Shown here one piece after another: positions 15,665 through 25,432 of a stretch of 64,000 nt of DNA; within the stretch, counting starts at the first letter, position 1, and each line of letters begins with the position of its first letter. The position numbers and the translations under genes are program-made. The notes under the pieces were generated by a model. That model saw nothing but the letters and a program-made list of their open reading frames with translations. It was not told where the DNA came from and did no database searches. Source of the stretch: a virus (taxonomy: Duplodnaviria; Heunggongvirae; Uroviricota; Caudoviricetes); IMG/VR virus record IMGVR_UViG_3300035696_001272; one strand, written 5' to 3'.

Positions 15665-16255
15665 ATGAGTAAGACAAATGAACACGAACATGGTCCACTA
15701 GTCGCCCCACTTTTGAGAGGTTATGCTGATAGTTATGTTAAGATGTCCAAATTTCGATCAGCCTTTCTGTCAGAAGACGTTACCGACAAAGTGGCCGCTG
15801 AACTATCAGCCATGATGTTGTATTTCGATCATCAAGATCACGAAGAGCCAATTCAATTGTATCTTCATTCCAATGGTGGTGCCATCAGTGGCATGCTTAA
15901 GATTTATGACGTTATGCAAATGATTCATGCGCCAGTTCATACCATATTATTGGGAAAGTGCTATTCAGCTGGGGCTGTTATTCTGTCCGCTGGCACTAAA
16001 GGTGAACGCTATGCTTTGAGAAGTTCTAATGTCATGATTCACGGCATTCAGTTTACTTTTCCAATTCCTGGCGAAGATATGGTCAATAGCAAGAACTATT
16101 TAGAGTTTGTAGATGACACTAACGATCTTCTTATGAAGATTTTGTCTAAACATACTGGTCAAACTCTGGAGAAAATTAAGGAAGACTGTGCTAGAGAGTA
16201 TTGGATGGATGCCAAGGCAGCCAAGGAGTACGGCATTATCGACCATATTATTTGA
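15665..16255 (+). CDS. clpP: ClpP protease proteolytic subunit
   Basis: HSNGG, CYSAG (Ser), MIHG (His), REYWMDA (Asp->Glu), EYGIID. Confidence 0.88.
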   Translation: MSKTNEHEHGPLVAPLLRGYADSYVKMSKFRSAFLSEDVTDKVAAELSAMMLYFDHQDHEEPIQLYLHSNGGAISGMLKIYDVMQMIHAPVHTILLGKCYSAGAVILSAGTKGERYALRSSNVMIHGIQFTFPIPGEDMVNSKNYLEFVDDTNDLLMKILSKHTGQTLEKIKEDCAREYWMDAKAAKEYGIIDHII

Positions 16256-16256
16256 G

Positions 16257-16697
16257 ATGGATAAGAAATTATTTGACTTGGTATATTGTGATTTTGACTG
16301 GAAAGAACATCACTTTCTAGAAGGTCCGATAGGTGCCACGTTAGAAGATTTTAAAGAACTCTGTGCCCGCCTTTTACCAAAGGCAGGTTATCGAGCCGCT
16401 CTTAAACATCTAGACCCAAGGAAGAAGGGCTGGATTGGATGGAGTGAAGTTGTGGAGTCGTTGATAGCCCTGCTTTCAGAGCAGGGTTATCAACGTGTTT
16501 CTTTGGAAACCAACCAAATAGAAGGCGGCATAATAATTGGAATAGACTCTGATGATGGTCTTGTAGACGAAAGATTGGGGTTTGCCGGACCTTTGATTGC
16601 TGATTATAATCGTAAATTAGAAAAGAAATTGCAGGAAGACCGAAAATTCAAAAAGTTTCATTCTCTTAGAAAAAAAGCAGTTCAAATCATCAAGTAG
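16257..16697 (+). CDS. Hypothetical protein; TAG stop followed by TAA TAA
   Basis: ATG 16257 within ORF 16188..16697. Confidence 0.6.
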   Translation: MDKKLFDLVYCDFDWKEHHFLEGPIGATLEDFKELCARLLPKAGYRAALKHLDPRKKGWIGWSEVVESLIALLSEQGYQRVSLETNQIEGGIIIGIDSDDGLVDERLGFAGPLIADYNRKLEKKLQEDRKFKKFHSLRKKAVQIIK

Positions 16698-16717
16698 TAA
16701 TAATTCATTATATTTGT

Positions 16718-18211
16718 ATGGAAAAGACTGCTCGAAAGCCATCTGCTGATCCCGTACAGGAGAGGTTGAGGCAAAACAAAACAAATTGGAACAAAGAGGT
16801 TTCGGCGTTCATTAACGACTTGATTCATTTCAAGAAGACGATGAATGGTTGGCCTTCCAAGTTTTTTAAAGAGCGTTCCCGCATTATTGAGCCAGTTCCC
16901 GCTGATCCAGCCACTATTATTGGGGCTCTTGCTGGTGATTTCCAGGAAATTGTTAACAGAGGCAACAGTATTATCCAAGAGCAATTGAACTATTCCAAAA
17001 CACGTCGTCAAAAACAGCCGAAGCAATTGAACTTGCCATTTCCACAGCCAGCAACTCCAGCCACCCCAACTGAGCCTCCTAAACCAGCCCCAGACCTATC
17101 CAAACAGTTACAACTAGGTTTGGCCGCTGATGATAGTTATTATCTCATTTCGCAGGCTTCTAATCCATTAAGCCGATTCTTTACACGCCTTCTCACTCCA
17201 GGTATTGGTCGTAGTGAGGCCGCTAGAATTCGAAGATACAGAATGTCATTGCTTGATGCAGCTCTTGCAATGTACAAAGACATGAAAAAATTACAATCAG
17301 CCGTTGTCGGATCTGGTCCTGAAAGCATTTTCATAGCTAGCAAGCTTTTGGACAAATCTGAGAACAGTTGGGTATTTCTTACTTCCGGTTTCAGAACATT
17401 TGTAGAGACCTTACCAGGTCCAGTTGATACTGGTGCCAAAATTGAAATACCACCTTCCGTTAAAGGAGAAGAGGCTCCAACTTCACCTGTGGCTGGCCCA
17501 GCTCCACAAGCTGCGCCCGCTTTAACAGATCCAAGAGTAGTTAAAGCTTTAGCCGCCGTACAAGATATTCAAACTTATAGCAACAACTTTAGAGGCGTTA
17601 TTGGAATGCCTGGCCTAAGACAAACTGCCAAGAAGTTTGCTTTAGCTATGCCTGACGAAAAACTACAGATGGTAGATGCTTTCTTGGATGAATATCAGAG
17701 AATGGTTATACAAGTTTGTGCTAATAAAGCAATTCCTGTGCAAAATTCTTTCGCTGAGATTGCTGCATTCGAACTAAAGACGCCACCTACAACTGCTTCA
17801 GCTAATGATCAATTGCAAACAGTTGCACAAGCATTTCTTAAAAAGCTCAAGCATCAAATTTCACCATTCGACAAAACTTCTTCTTTCCGTCTAGATATCT
17901 ACAAGATGGCCGTACAAAACAAGAAGCTTCTTGATAAGGTTATGGATCATCTAGAAGAGGGACTTAATAAAGAAGCCATTGCTGCACTGTTAAAAGAAAT
18001 TGGCGAAAATATGCTCAAAATGAAATCGCTGATGCAAGGTCTAACTTCCACAATTCGTGGACAAGGATATCAACCAGAGTTCATCAATTTGTTAGAGCGT
18101 GGTCGCTTGGGTGATTATGGTGTAGATTTGGCTCCAAAGCAAAAGGCTGAACTGAGCAAGCTATTGCAACAAAAGCAAATGCGTGAACTTGTTAAGATGT
18201 ATGGGAAATGA
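16718..18211 (+). CDS. Large helical hypothetical protein with Pro-rich linkers (possible virion/internal protein)
   Basis: ORF; three helical blocks separated by P/A-rich linkers. Confidence 0.7.
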   Translation: MEKTARKPSADPVQERLRQNKTNWNKEVSAFINDLIHFKKTMNGWPSKFFKERSRIIEPVPADPATIIGALAGDFQEIVNRGNSIIQEQLNYSKTRRQKQPKQLNLPFPQPATPATPTEPPKPAPDLSKQLQLGLAADDSYYLISQASNPLSRFFTRLLTPGIGRSEAARIRRYRMSLLDAALAMYKDMKKLQSAVVGSGPESIFIASKLLDKSENSWVFLTSGFRTFVETLPGPVDTGAKIEIPPSVKGEEAPTSPVAGPAPQAAPALTDPRVVKALAAVQDIQTYSNNFRGVIGMPGLRQTAKKFALAMPDEKLQMVDAFLDEYQRMVIQVCANKAIPVQNSFAEIAAFELKTPPTTASANDQLQTVAQAFLKKLKHQISPFDKTSSFRLDIYKMAVQNKKLLDKVMDHLEEGLNKEAIAALLKEIGENMLKMKSLMQGLTSTIRGQGYQPEFINLLERGRLGDYGVDLAPKQKAELSKLLQQKQMRELVKMYGK

Positions 18212-18621
18212 TTATGGAACAAGGTTACGTTTTCATTCACAATAATGTCTTCTCAACTTTGTTAGCTATCTCCTCTGAAGAACAAAGTCAGGGACTTATG
18301 CATCAAGTTTGGCCACCTCCAGTTATGTCTTTTGTTTATGGTGCGCCATGTATTAACAAATTCTGGATGAAGAATACCCCAAGTCCATTAGATATTGTCT
18401 TTTGTTGTGAGGGTAGGATTTGTGAAATTCATTATGGTGAGCCAAACTCCACTTCTATTATTGGCGGTGACAAACCAAGTGATTTGGTAATTGAATTACC
18501 TCACGGTACAGTAGATGCCGCACAAATCAAAATCGGCCAACTAGTTGGATTGGTAAAGCCAACACCAACTGAACTACGTAAGCTAATTGCCGAAAAATTT
18601 GAACATTTTGTAAAATTCTGA
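18208..18621 (+). CDS. DUF192 family protein
   Basis: A.S.EEQ.QGLM, FWMKNT..PLDIVF, VIELP.G. Confidence 0.85.
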   Translation: MIMEQGYVFIHNNVFSTLLAISSEEQSQGLMHQVWPPPVMSFVYGAPCINKFWMKNTPSPLDIVFCCEGRICEIHYGEPNSTSIIGGDKPSDLVIELPHGTVDAAQIKIGQLVGLVKPTPTELRKLIAEKFEHFVKF

Positions 18622-18667
18622 TACCCCTTGCGCCCACAATTTATAGGATTAGATTGTTAGATAAGTC

Positions 18668-19660
18668 ATGGATACCATTCAACATTTCAACAACATTTTG
18701 AGTTCGTTTCATATCAATGCCAACTGTGTGAATACTCAACAGGTTGACAACTACATTTTTTATGATCTCAAGTTGCGACCCAATGGCAAGGTGAAAGAAA
18801 TTCAGAAGTACAGCGATGAGATTTCGCTGGCTTTGAAGAAACCCAGCAAGCCTAGCATCAAGGTTTTGCATGAGCAAGGTGTAGTTCGTTTGGAATTCGC
18901 CATGACTCGTGAAAAGCCTCTCAAGCTGTTTGAATACTTCACCAATGATAACGTACCTGATGGTGGAATGGTTGCTCTATTGGGCCAGACGGTTGACGGT
19001 CAAAAGATGTGGATGGACTTGTCACAGAATCCGCACATGATCATTGCGGGTACCACAGGTTCAGGTAAGAGCACATTGCTTCACAACATCATTGCCAATA
19101 TGCTCAACTACAATGATTGCCACATGTATTTAGTGGATCCCAAGAACATTGAGTTCCACGAGTACGGTAAGAAAGTTAGACGCGACATTGATGTCTCGTA
19201 TACATACGATGAAGCTATGTTCGTCTTGGACACTTTGCTTGCTACCATGGATGAGCGATATAATCTAATGCGAACTGGTAAGCCAGCTTCAGATTTTCCA
19301 TACATTCTTCTGATGATAGACGAATTTGCAGATCTGATTATGCAAGACCGGGATGATTTGTTTTTTACTAAGTTGTGCAAGTTGGCTCAGAAATGTCGGG
19401 CTGCCCATATTTCTATCGTTCTATCTACACAAAGGCCCTCAGTCAATATTATCAATGGAGCCATCAAAGCCAACTTCCCAGCTCGTATTGCTTGCAGGGT
19501 GGCCAGCCACGTTGACTCTAAGGTAGTTTTAGACTCTACCGGGGCAGAAAATTTGCTAGGAAAAGGAGACGCACTCCTTCGTGATAACTTTCGTCATATG
19601 GAACGATTTCAGGTGGCATATACGGATTCAACGGAAGTGTGTAGGTTTTTTGGAGAATAA
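18668..19660 (+). CDS. FtsK/SpoIIIE-family ATPase (motor domains only)
   Basis: PHMIIAGTTGSGKS, IDEFADL, STQRPS, IKANFPARIA, LDSTGAENLLGKGD. Confidence 0.9.
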   Translation: MDTIQHFNNILSSFHINANCVNTQQVDNYIFYDLKLRPNGKVKEIQKYSDEISLALKKPSKPSIKVLHEQGVVRLEFAMTREKPLKLFEYFTNDNVPDGGMVALLGQTVDGQKMWMDLSQNPHMIIAGTTGSGKSTLLHNIIANMLNYNDCHMYLVDPKNIEFHEYGKKVRRDIDVSYTYDEAMFVLDTLLATMDERYNLMRTGKPASDFPYILLMIDEFADLIMQDRDDLFFTKLCKLAQKCRAAHISIVLSTQRPSVNIINGAIKANFPARIACRVASHVDSKVVLDSTGAENLLGKGDALLRDNFRHMERFQVAYTDSTEVCRFFGE

Positions 19661-20997
19661 TGGAAGCTGCTCGTCCACTTAATTTATTGGACGTTGATTC
19701 CTTGATAGAAGAATTTCTAGAGGAACACGAACAAGGAATTGCCACTCTACATCGAATATATTTCAAGAGTGACAGTGCAATATCCCTGCGTGCACTGAAG
19801 GAAGAGGTTAAAGAAGAACTTCGAACTGGTTGTGTAACCTTTGTCAACAATGGTTCGCCACTAGACGAATTGAATGACTACCTATTCTACATTGTCAACG
19901 CGTTTTGTAAGAAGACCAGCAAACCACAACAGAAACAAAAAGCAGAATATATTTGTCCGGGCTGCGTTTTTTTGGGCAAAGAATATTCTGTCCTCTTTTA
20001 TACCAAAGTGTTTCAATGTGATGAGTGCGAGTCAGAATTGAAAAGCAACTCATCCGATCCCAAAAGAGAGCACTTCTTCCGAATATTTCATCGTCACAAT
20101 AAGAGTGGCTATCGATGTCCGGATTGTGAAAGGTTTATTCCACATCCCTTAGATAATTCATCTGCGGTTTCTTGTCCATATTTTGATTGCCTTTTTACAG
20201 GCAATATTAAAGAGTTGCAGAAGATGCATCACCCAACATCCAAATCGAATCCTGAAAAGCTGATTTTGGATGTTTCTAAAGAGGGATTTTGCTTCAAAGA
20301 CAACGTGGCGTCTCAAGAAATAGATGCTCAGACTCAATTGGAAATCACAGAAGACTTACAAGACAAGGTAGAGTCACTCAAAGAAATCATTGAAACACAA
20401 AGCAATAATACTGCTTACAGTAGCTCTGATGCAACTGTTAAGCATAAACAGCTGGTTTATCAAGCGATTTCCAATCTTTTGGATAAGTTTCCTATGGAAA
20501 TGGCAAGCTATTTACTGAGTAGCACTGATAGCCATATGGGCTTTCAGCACAAGATATTCCAAGAGTACATTAGATTATTAGAAGACTCGCTACCGTTTAT
20601 GATTACAAAGAATCGTCGTCTTATTAAGATCGATAATTTGCTTGATGACAATTTGTGTTTGTTCGATGGTATTTCCACCTTCAATGGTGTGATTAATGAC
20701 AAGCTTGTCATCAAGAATGGAACCACAGAGTTTTATATTGGTGGAAGAAAAGCTACCTATGCTAAACCATTTTACATTGGTAAGTTGTTAAATATAATTC
20801 GACAAGATACGAAGACGCCATTGATGCAGCAAGTAAAAGATTACAGCTTCTCTAGAATCCGTATGCGAGATATAGAACCGGGTGTATCTGTTACCGTGAC
20901 ACATCTACGAGTACCGCCTCACTATCAAATGGGTGGTATGGCTTATGTCAACCGTGTTCGTAAAAAAATCGTTGAGCGTGCAAGGACATTACAATGA
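19660..20997 (+). CDS. Multi-zinc-ribbon hypothetical protein
   Basis: CPGC...CDEC and CPDC...CPYFDC. Confidence 0.7.
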   Translation: MEAARPLNLLDVDSLIEEFLEEHEQGIATLHRIYFKSDSAISLRALKEEVKEELRTGCVTFVNNGSPLDELNDYLFYIVNAFCKKTSKPQQKQKAEYICPGCVFLGKEYSVLFYTKVFQCDECESELKSNSSDPKREHFFRIFHRHNKSGYRCPDCERFIPHPLDNSSAVSCPYFDCLFTGNIKELQKMHHPTSKSNPEKLILDVSKEGFCFKDNVASQEIDAQTQLEITEDLQDKVESLKEIIETQSNNTAYSSSDATVKHKQLVYQAISNLLDKFPMEMASYLLSSTDSHMGFQHKIFQEYIRLLEDSLPFMITKNRRLIKIDNLLDDNLCLFDGISTFNGVINDKLVIKNGTTEFYIGGRKATYAKPFYIGKLLNIIRQDTKTPLMQQVKDYSFSRIRMRDIEPGVSVTVTHLRVPPHYQMGGMAYVNRVRKKIVERARTLQ

Positions 20998-21494
20998 ATC
21001 ATTTAGCTGATTTACAAAGAGAATTGCTATCTATTATAAAAGCTTTGAGCCCTTCCAAGATTGAAATAATTAGGGTGAATATTTCATCTTCTTTTTTACC
21101 ACGTGCCCGCTGTAAAAAATGTGGAAAGGGACCGTCCTTCTACTATTTTCGTAGGAAGTCTGCCCTATTAAAAAGTCCACTTAGAGAGGCAACTAAGAGA
21201 TGGCTGAAGCGCATGACTGCTGATTGGTATCTAACTGAATCACCTAAAGATTTTGATCATATCGAAGATTTTTCTTTTAGACTTTTCGATAAGAGTTATC
21301 GACCAGTAATGCACAAAACACGTGGTTTTTCTACTGGTAAAGATCATATAGTGGAGGCATTAAGTTGTGATTGCGGTCACGCTGTCTGGTTATTCAATCA
21401 TAAATCAGTTAAGAATCGTCCCGAGATTAGAAATCGTAAGGGACGATATGGTTACCCACAAAAATTTGAGGGGTATGATGTAGAATTCGCTTGA
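20994..21494 (+). CDS. Basic Cys-containing hypothetical protein
   Basis: CKKCG...CDCGH. Confidence 0.55.
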   Translation: MNHLADLQRELLSIIKALSPSKIEIIRVNISSSFLPRARCKKCGKGPSFYYFRRKSALLKSPLREATKRWLKRMTADWYLTESPKDFDHIEDFSFRLFDKSYRPVMHKTRGFSTGKDHIVEALSCDCGHAVWLFNHKSVKNRPEIRNRKGRYGYPQKFEGYDVEFA

Positions 21495-21870
21495 CCTGAG
21501 CTTCCAAAGCGGGAAAGTCATCGGCTAGTTCTTCAAACAATTTCCATTGTCGATTGATTAATTTGTAACATGAATAGTACGAAAGTCTAGCGATCGTATC
21601 ATAATATTCTTTGCTAGCGAATTTGAGATGCTGAGGAACTATAGTATTAGCGAAAAAAATCCAATCGCCCAAATTTTGGTAAACTAAAAAATCTTGTTTA
21701 CTGCGGGCTTGCGCGAACAGCAAAGTGATGCTATCTTTAGAAAGATCAAATTCGGCTGTCTTGTATTTTCCATAAATACTAACGATGTATGCCTTAGTAT
21801 CGTTTTGGCATTTAAGATCAGCTAACAGCTCATCGAAAAAACTACTGACATTCCCGTTCATCAGTTCCAT
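21427..21870 (-). CDS. Conserved-looking helical hypothetical protein
   Basis: LGDWIFF...YYDTIARLSY...LFEELADDF resembles an uncharacterised bacterial family. Confidence 0.6.
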   Translation of the reverse strand: MELMNGNVSSFFDELLADLKCQNDTKAYIVSIYGKYKTAEFDLSKDSITLLFAQARSKQDFLVYQNLGDWIFFANTIVPQHLKFASKEYYDTIARLSYYSCYKLINRQWKLFEELADDFPALEAQVKRILHHTPQIFVGNHIVPYDF

Positions 21871-21906
21871 TATATGATGTTGGAATATTGAAAGACTTGG
21901 TAATTA

Positions 21907-23703
21907 ATGAAGACATTAGTAATTGTAGAATCTCCAGCAAAAGCATCAAAGATTCAAGGATATCTCGGTAAGGATTACGTAGTATTAGCTAGCAAAGGTC
22001 ATATCACTGATTTGGCTAAAGGTGGCAGGTTTGGTTTGGGAGTTGATATTGACAAAAACTTTCATCCACATTATGTGTTGATGGAAGATAAAGTGGACAC
22101 TTTGGATGTGCTCATAAATGCTGCCAAGAAGTGTGACCAAATTTTTGTGGCAAGCGACCCTGATCGTGAGGGTGAAGCTATCGCTTGGCACTTGGCCCAA
22201 CGTCTTGCTGATCTGGAAAAGCCAATCAAACGAATGGTCTTCAACGAAATTAAGAAGGCTAAATTGCTTAAGGCAGTCAAAGAGGTTCGCGATATTGACA
22301 TGGACTTGTTCCATTCCCAGGAAGCTCGTCGCATTCTGGATCGTTTAGTTGGATTTATGGCCTCGCCATTCCTAATGAACTTTTTCGGCCCCAAGTTGTC
22401 AGCCGGTCGTGTTCAATCAGTAGTAACCCGTATGGTTATCGACCGAGAACGAGAAATTGAAGCATTCGTACCGGAAGAATTTTGGACCGTTCAAGTAATT
22501 CTGTCCAAGGATGGCAAGACTGGCTTTGCAACCAAATTCAATGGTCGTCCAACCAATGAAAAAGACGCTTTAGCTGTAAAGAAAACGCTGAGTACCGATC
22601 CATATGTTGTTTCGGAAGTGACGTCTAATGAAGAAGCAAAATACCCGCAACCACCATTGGTGACCTCTACGCTTCAACGAATCATGTCCAAAGAGCATGG
22701 ATTCAGTGCAGATCGCACCATGAAAGCCGCTCAGTCTTTATATGAATCAGGTTACTGTACCTACATTAGAACTGACTCCGTTAGAGTTAGCGATGAAGCT
22801 TTGACAGAAGTGCGTCAATGGTTAACTGACAACAAGCACTCAGTTCCAGCCAAGGCTTATGCCTACAAGAATAGAGATGCCGCACAAGATGCTCACGAAT
22901 GTATCAGGCCATCCGATTTGACTTTAGTTCCTAATGATAACTATGCGATGGCAGATCCCGATGAGAAGCTGGTGTATGAAGTTATTTGGAAGCAATTCGT
23001 AGCAAGCCAGATGATGCCAGCTATTTATGATACCTTGAAAGTAACTGCTCATCTTCAAAGCGATAAGAAGCAAGAAGTGAAGGCTTCTGGCAAAGCTCTT
23101 AAGACCAAGGGCTTTCTTGAAATCTTGGGTATTCAGGATGATTCTAAGATTGAGATTCCACTACTAAATGTTGGCGATGTCTTAAAGTTGTTCGGAAAAA
23201 TTCCGGTTCAGTTGGAGAAGAAGGCAACCCAACCTCCTCCAAGATACTCCGAAGATAAGTTGATCAAGGAATTGGTCAATAAAAATATTGGTCGTCCAGC
23301 CACTTATGCCGAATTGCTAAGCAAAATTACAGCTCGTAACTATGTAGAAAAGAAGGGTAGTGTATTCCATGCTACCGACTTGGGCAAGAAGATTACTGAT
23401 GAACTATTGCAGTTCTTTACTTTCATGGATTATGATTACACCGCTAAGATGGAACAACAGCTTGATGAAATCGAAAGTGGTAAAGTTAACCACGTAGATA
23501 TGTTGAAAAAGTTTTTCCCAGAATTCAAAAAGGAATTGGACAAGGCATATCTACAACATGGTGCGACCATGTGTCCAAAATGCGGAAGTCCAATGTCAGT
23601 TCGTACGACAAAAACTGGCGATAAGTTTTTAGGATGCTCCGGATATCCAAAGTGTAAGAACACTATTAATCTTGGTGCATCACCCTCACAGAACGTTGCT
23701 TAA
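21907..23703 (+). CDS. topA: DNA topoisomerase I (type IA) with one C-terminal zinc ribbon
   Basis: LVIVESPAK, SKGHI, ASDPDREGEAI, LSAGRVQS, LYE.GY.TYIRTDS, AHECIRP, IGRPATY, CPKCG...FLGCSGYPKC. Confidence 0.95.
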   Translation: MKTLVIVESPAKASKIQGYLGKDYVVLASKGHITDLAKGGRFGLGVDIDKNFHPHYVLMEDKVDTLDVLINAAKKCDQIFVASDPDREGEAIAWHLAQRLADLEKPIKRMVFNEIKKAKLLKAVKEVRDIDMDLFHSQEARRILDRLVGFMASPFLMNFFGPKLSAGRVQSVVTRMVIDREREIEAFVPEEFWTVQVILSKDGKTGFATKFNGRPTNEKDALAVKKTLSTDPYVVSEVTSNEEAKYPQPPLVTSTLQRIMSKEHGFSADRTMKAAQSLYESGYCTYIRTDSVRVSDEALTEVRQWLTDNKHSVPAKAYAYKNRDAAQDAHECIRPSDLTLVPNDNYAMADPDEKLVYEVIWKQFVASQMMPAIYDTLKVTAHLQSDKKQEVKASGKALKTKGFLEILGIQDDSKIEIPLLNVGDVLKLFGKIPVQLEKKATQPPPRYSEDKLIKELVNKNIGRPATYAELLSKITARNYVEKKGSVFHATDLGKKITDELLQFFTFMDYDYTAKMEQQLDEIESGKVNHVDMLKKFFPEFKKELDKAYLQHGATMCPKCGSPMSVRTTKTGDKFLGCSGYPKCKNTINLGASPSQNVA

Positions 23704-23726
23704 CTGAAAGAACGAGTAATCGAAGA

Positions 23727-25031
23727 ATGAGTACAGATAAAACAGAATATTTAACTCCGCAAGATTTGGAGAAGCAAGAACATCTTTCTCTTCAAAGGCT
23801 AGCGAAGTTAGAGCCCTCGGGCGACTTACTTTTGAGTGTCCGTCCTCCCGCCAACTTCATTGAATTGATGAACTGGACGCTGGAGAACTTTGGTTCTTTT
23901 CTTAAGGATCAAACCCGCCTAAACAAATTCGTGCATAACCGAATCATCATTGATGGACAATTTATGCAGTTTTGTGAACAGAACAATGTAACTGTAGAGT
24001 GTTTATTCAAAGACTCTAACATTTCTTGGACTACAGACCACGATTTTGAAAAGTTCTTTGTTCAGGGAGTTTTCCTTATCAAGGCAAAAGGTTTGGAGTT
24101 TTTGCATGCCGCTCTGTTCCACAAGGGCAATCAACAAGAAGATGAAATTAGCTTCTTCGTAATTGTCTCTGAGAAGAACTTCGAGAAGTATGCTGAATTG
24201 CGCAATCAATTTGATGATTGGGTTCAGGACCGAGACCGTAGCAATCTCCACATTCGTGTAATCGAAGGTGATGATATTCCTTATACAAAGGATCATACTT
24301 GGGATGATTTGTTCTTGCCAAGTGGAATTAAGGACGAAATTAGAGGATTGGTTGAGAATTTCTTGGCCTCCCAAGAGTTTTATGTCAAAAACAGAATCCC
24401 TTGGAAGCGTGGTATCTTATTGTACGGCAAGCCAGGTAACGGAAAGACCTCTCTCATCCGAACCATTATTTCTCATTACAACTTCAAGCCTGTAACCATT
24501 GTGCCAGAGGCTAACAATGAGGCAGTACGTGAAGCCTTTACTTATGCAGAGGAGCAGAGTCCATCACTGCTTTATTTTGAGGACTTGGATTCTCTACTTG
24601 AGAAAAGCATAGATACATCTTCCTTCCTTAATTTGATGGACGGAATCTCAGCAAAGAATGGTTTGTTGATTATTGCAACAGCCAACGATGTTAAAAAGCT
24701 AAAGTCAAATATTACTGATAGGCCATCCAGATTTGACAGAAAGTTTGAAATTCCATTACCAAACACAGAAATGGCTTATATATATCTTAAGAGATGGTTT
24801 GGTAATCTCATCTCTGCAAATAAGTGCAGGGACCTTGCCAAATACGCTGCTAAATACGAATTTTCTTATGCTTACTTGAAAGAACTATATATTTCTGCAA
24901 TGTTTGAAGCTTTAGCATATAATCGTAAAGCTCCGACTGAGAAAGATGTTCAGAACGCACTTAACCGACTAGTCAAAGACAAAAATCTACTGAATGGCGG
25001 TTCTATTAACATGGATAAATACTCTAAGTGA
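23727..25031 (+). CDS. AAA+ ATPase
   Basis: RGILLYGKPGNGKT, FEDLD, LNLMDG, TAN, RPSRFDRK. Confidence 0.9.
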   Translation: MSTDKTEYLTPQDLEKQEHLSLQRLAKLEPSGDLLLSVRPPANFIELMNWTLENFGSFLKDQTRLNKFVHNRIIIDGQFMQFCEQNNVTVECLFKDSNISWTTDHDFEKFFVQGVFLIKAKGLEFLHAALFHKGNQQEDEISFFVIVSEKNFEKYAELRNQFDDWVQDRDRSNLHIRVIEGDDIPYTKDHTWDDLFLPSGIKDEIRGLVENFLASQEFYVKNRIPWKRGILLYGKPGNGKTSLIRTIISHYNFKPVTIVPEANNEAVREAFTYAEEQSPSLLYFEDLDSLLEKSIDTSSFLNLMDGISAKNGLLIIATANDVKKLKSNITDRPSRFDRKFEIPLPNTEMAYIYLKRWFGNLISANKCRDLAKYAAKYEFSYAYLKELYISAMFEALAYNRKAPTEKDVQNALNRLVKDKNLLNGGSINMDKYSK

Positions 25032-25055
25032 TAAGGTTAAAACGGGCTCTCAAAA

Positions 25056-25421
25056 ATGAAAGACCATAATAGAAGAAACAAGAAGAACTTTAAGAAGGCG
25101 CCGAAAGGGGGTGAATCATTAGCCGATGTTCCCAGAATTGGCCCAGGAGAGGCAATTCAAGCTCAACCACTAGAAGTCAAAGTGTACGGGAACAATTTCG
25201 ATAAAGCCCTCAGAGCTTTTCGAGCACTAGTGCAAAAGGAAAGAGTTCTTTCCACATACAAAGAAAAACAAACGTATGAAAAGCCATCCGATAAACGTAG
25301 AAGAAAGCGAAATGAATCCGTAAGGAAACAACTTGAATTCTGCAGCAAAGGCGAGTGCATTCACGCAGAACATGCCAAGAATCGCAAGCCAAGAACATTC
25401 AAGCGCAAGTCTTCAGAATAA
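25056..25421 (+). CDS. rpsU: Ribosomal protein bS21 homolog with N/C extensions
   Basis: LEVKVYGNNFDKALRAFRALVQKERVLSTYKEKQTYEKPSDKRRRK. Confidence 0.85.
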   Translation: MKDHNRRNKKNFKKAPKGGESLADVPRIGPGEAIQAQPLEVKVYGNNFDKALRAFRALVQKERVLSTYKEKQTYEKPSDKRRRKRNESVRKQLEFCSKGECIHAEHAKNRKPRTFKRKSSE

Positions 25422-25432
25422 CTGGAACTAAA

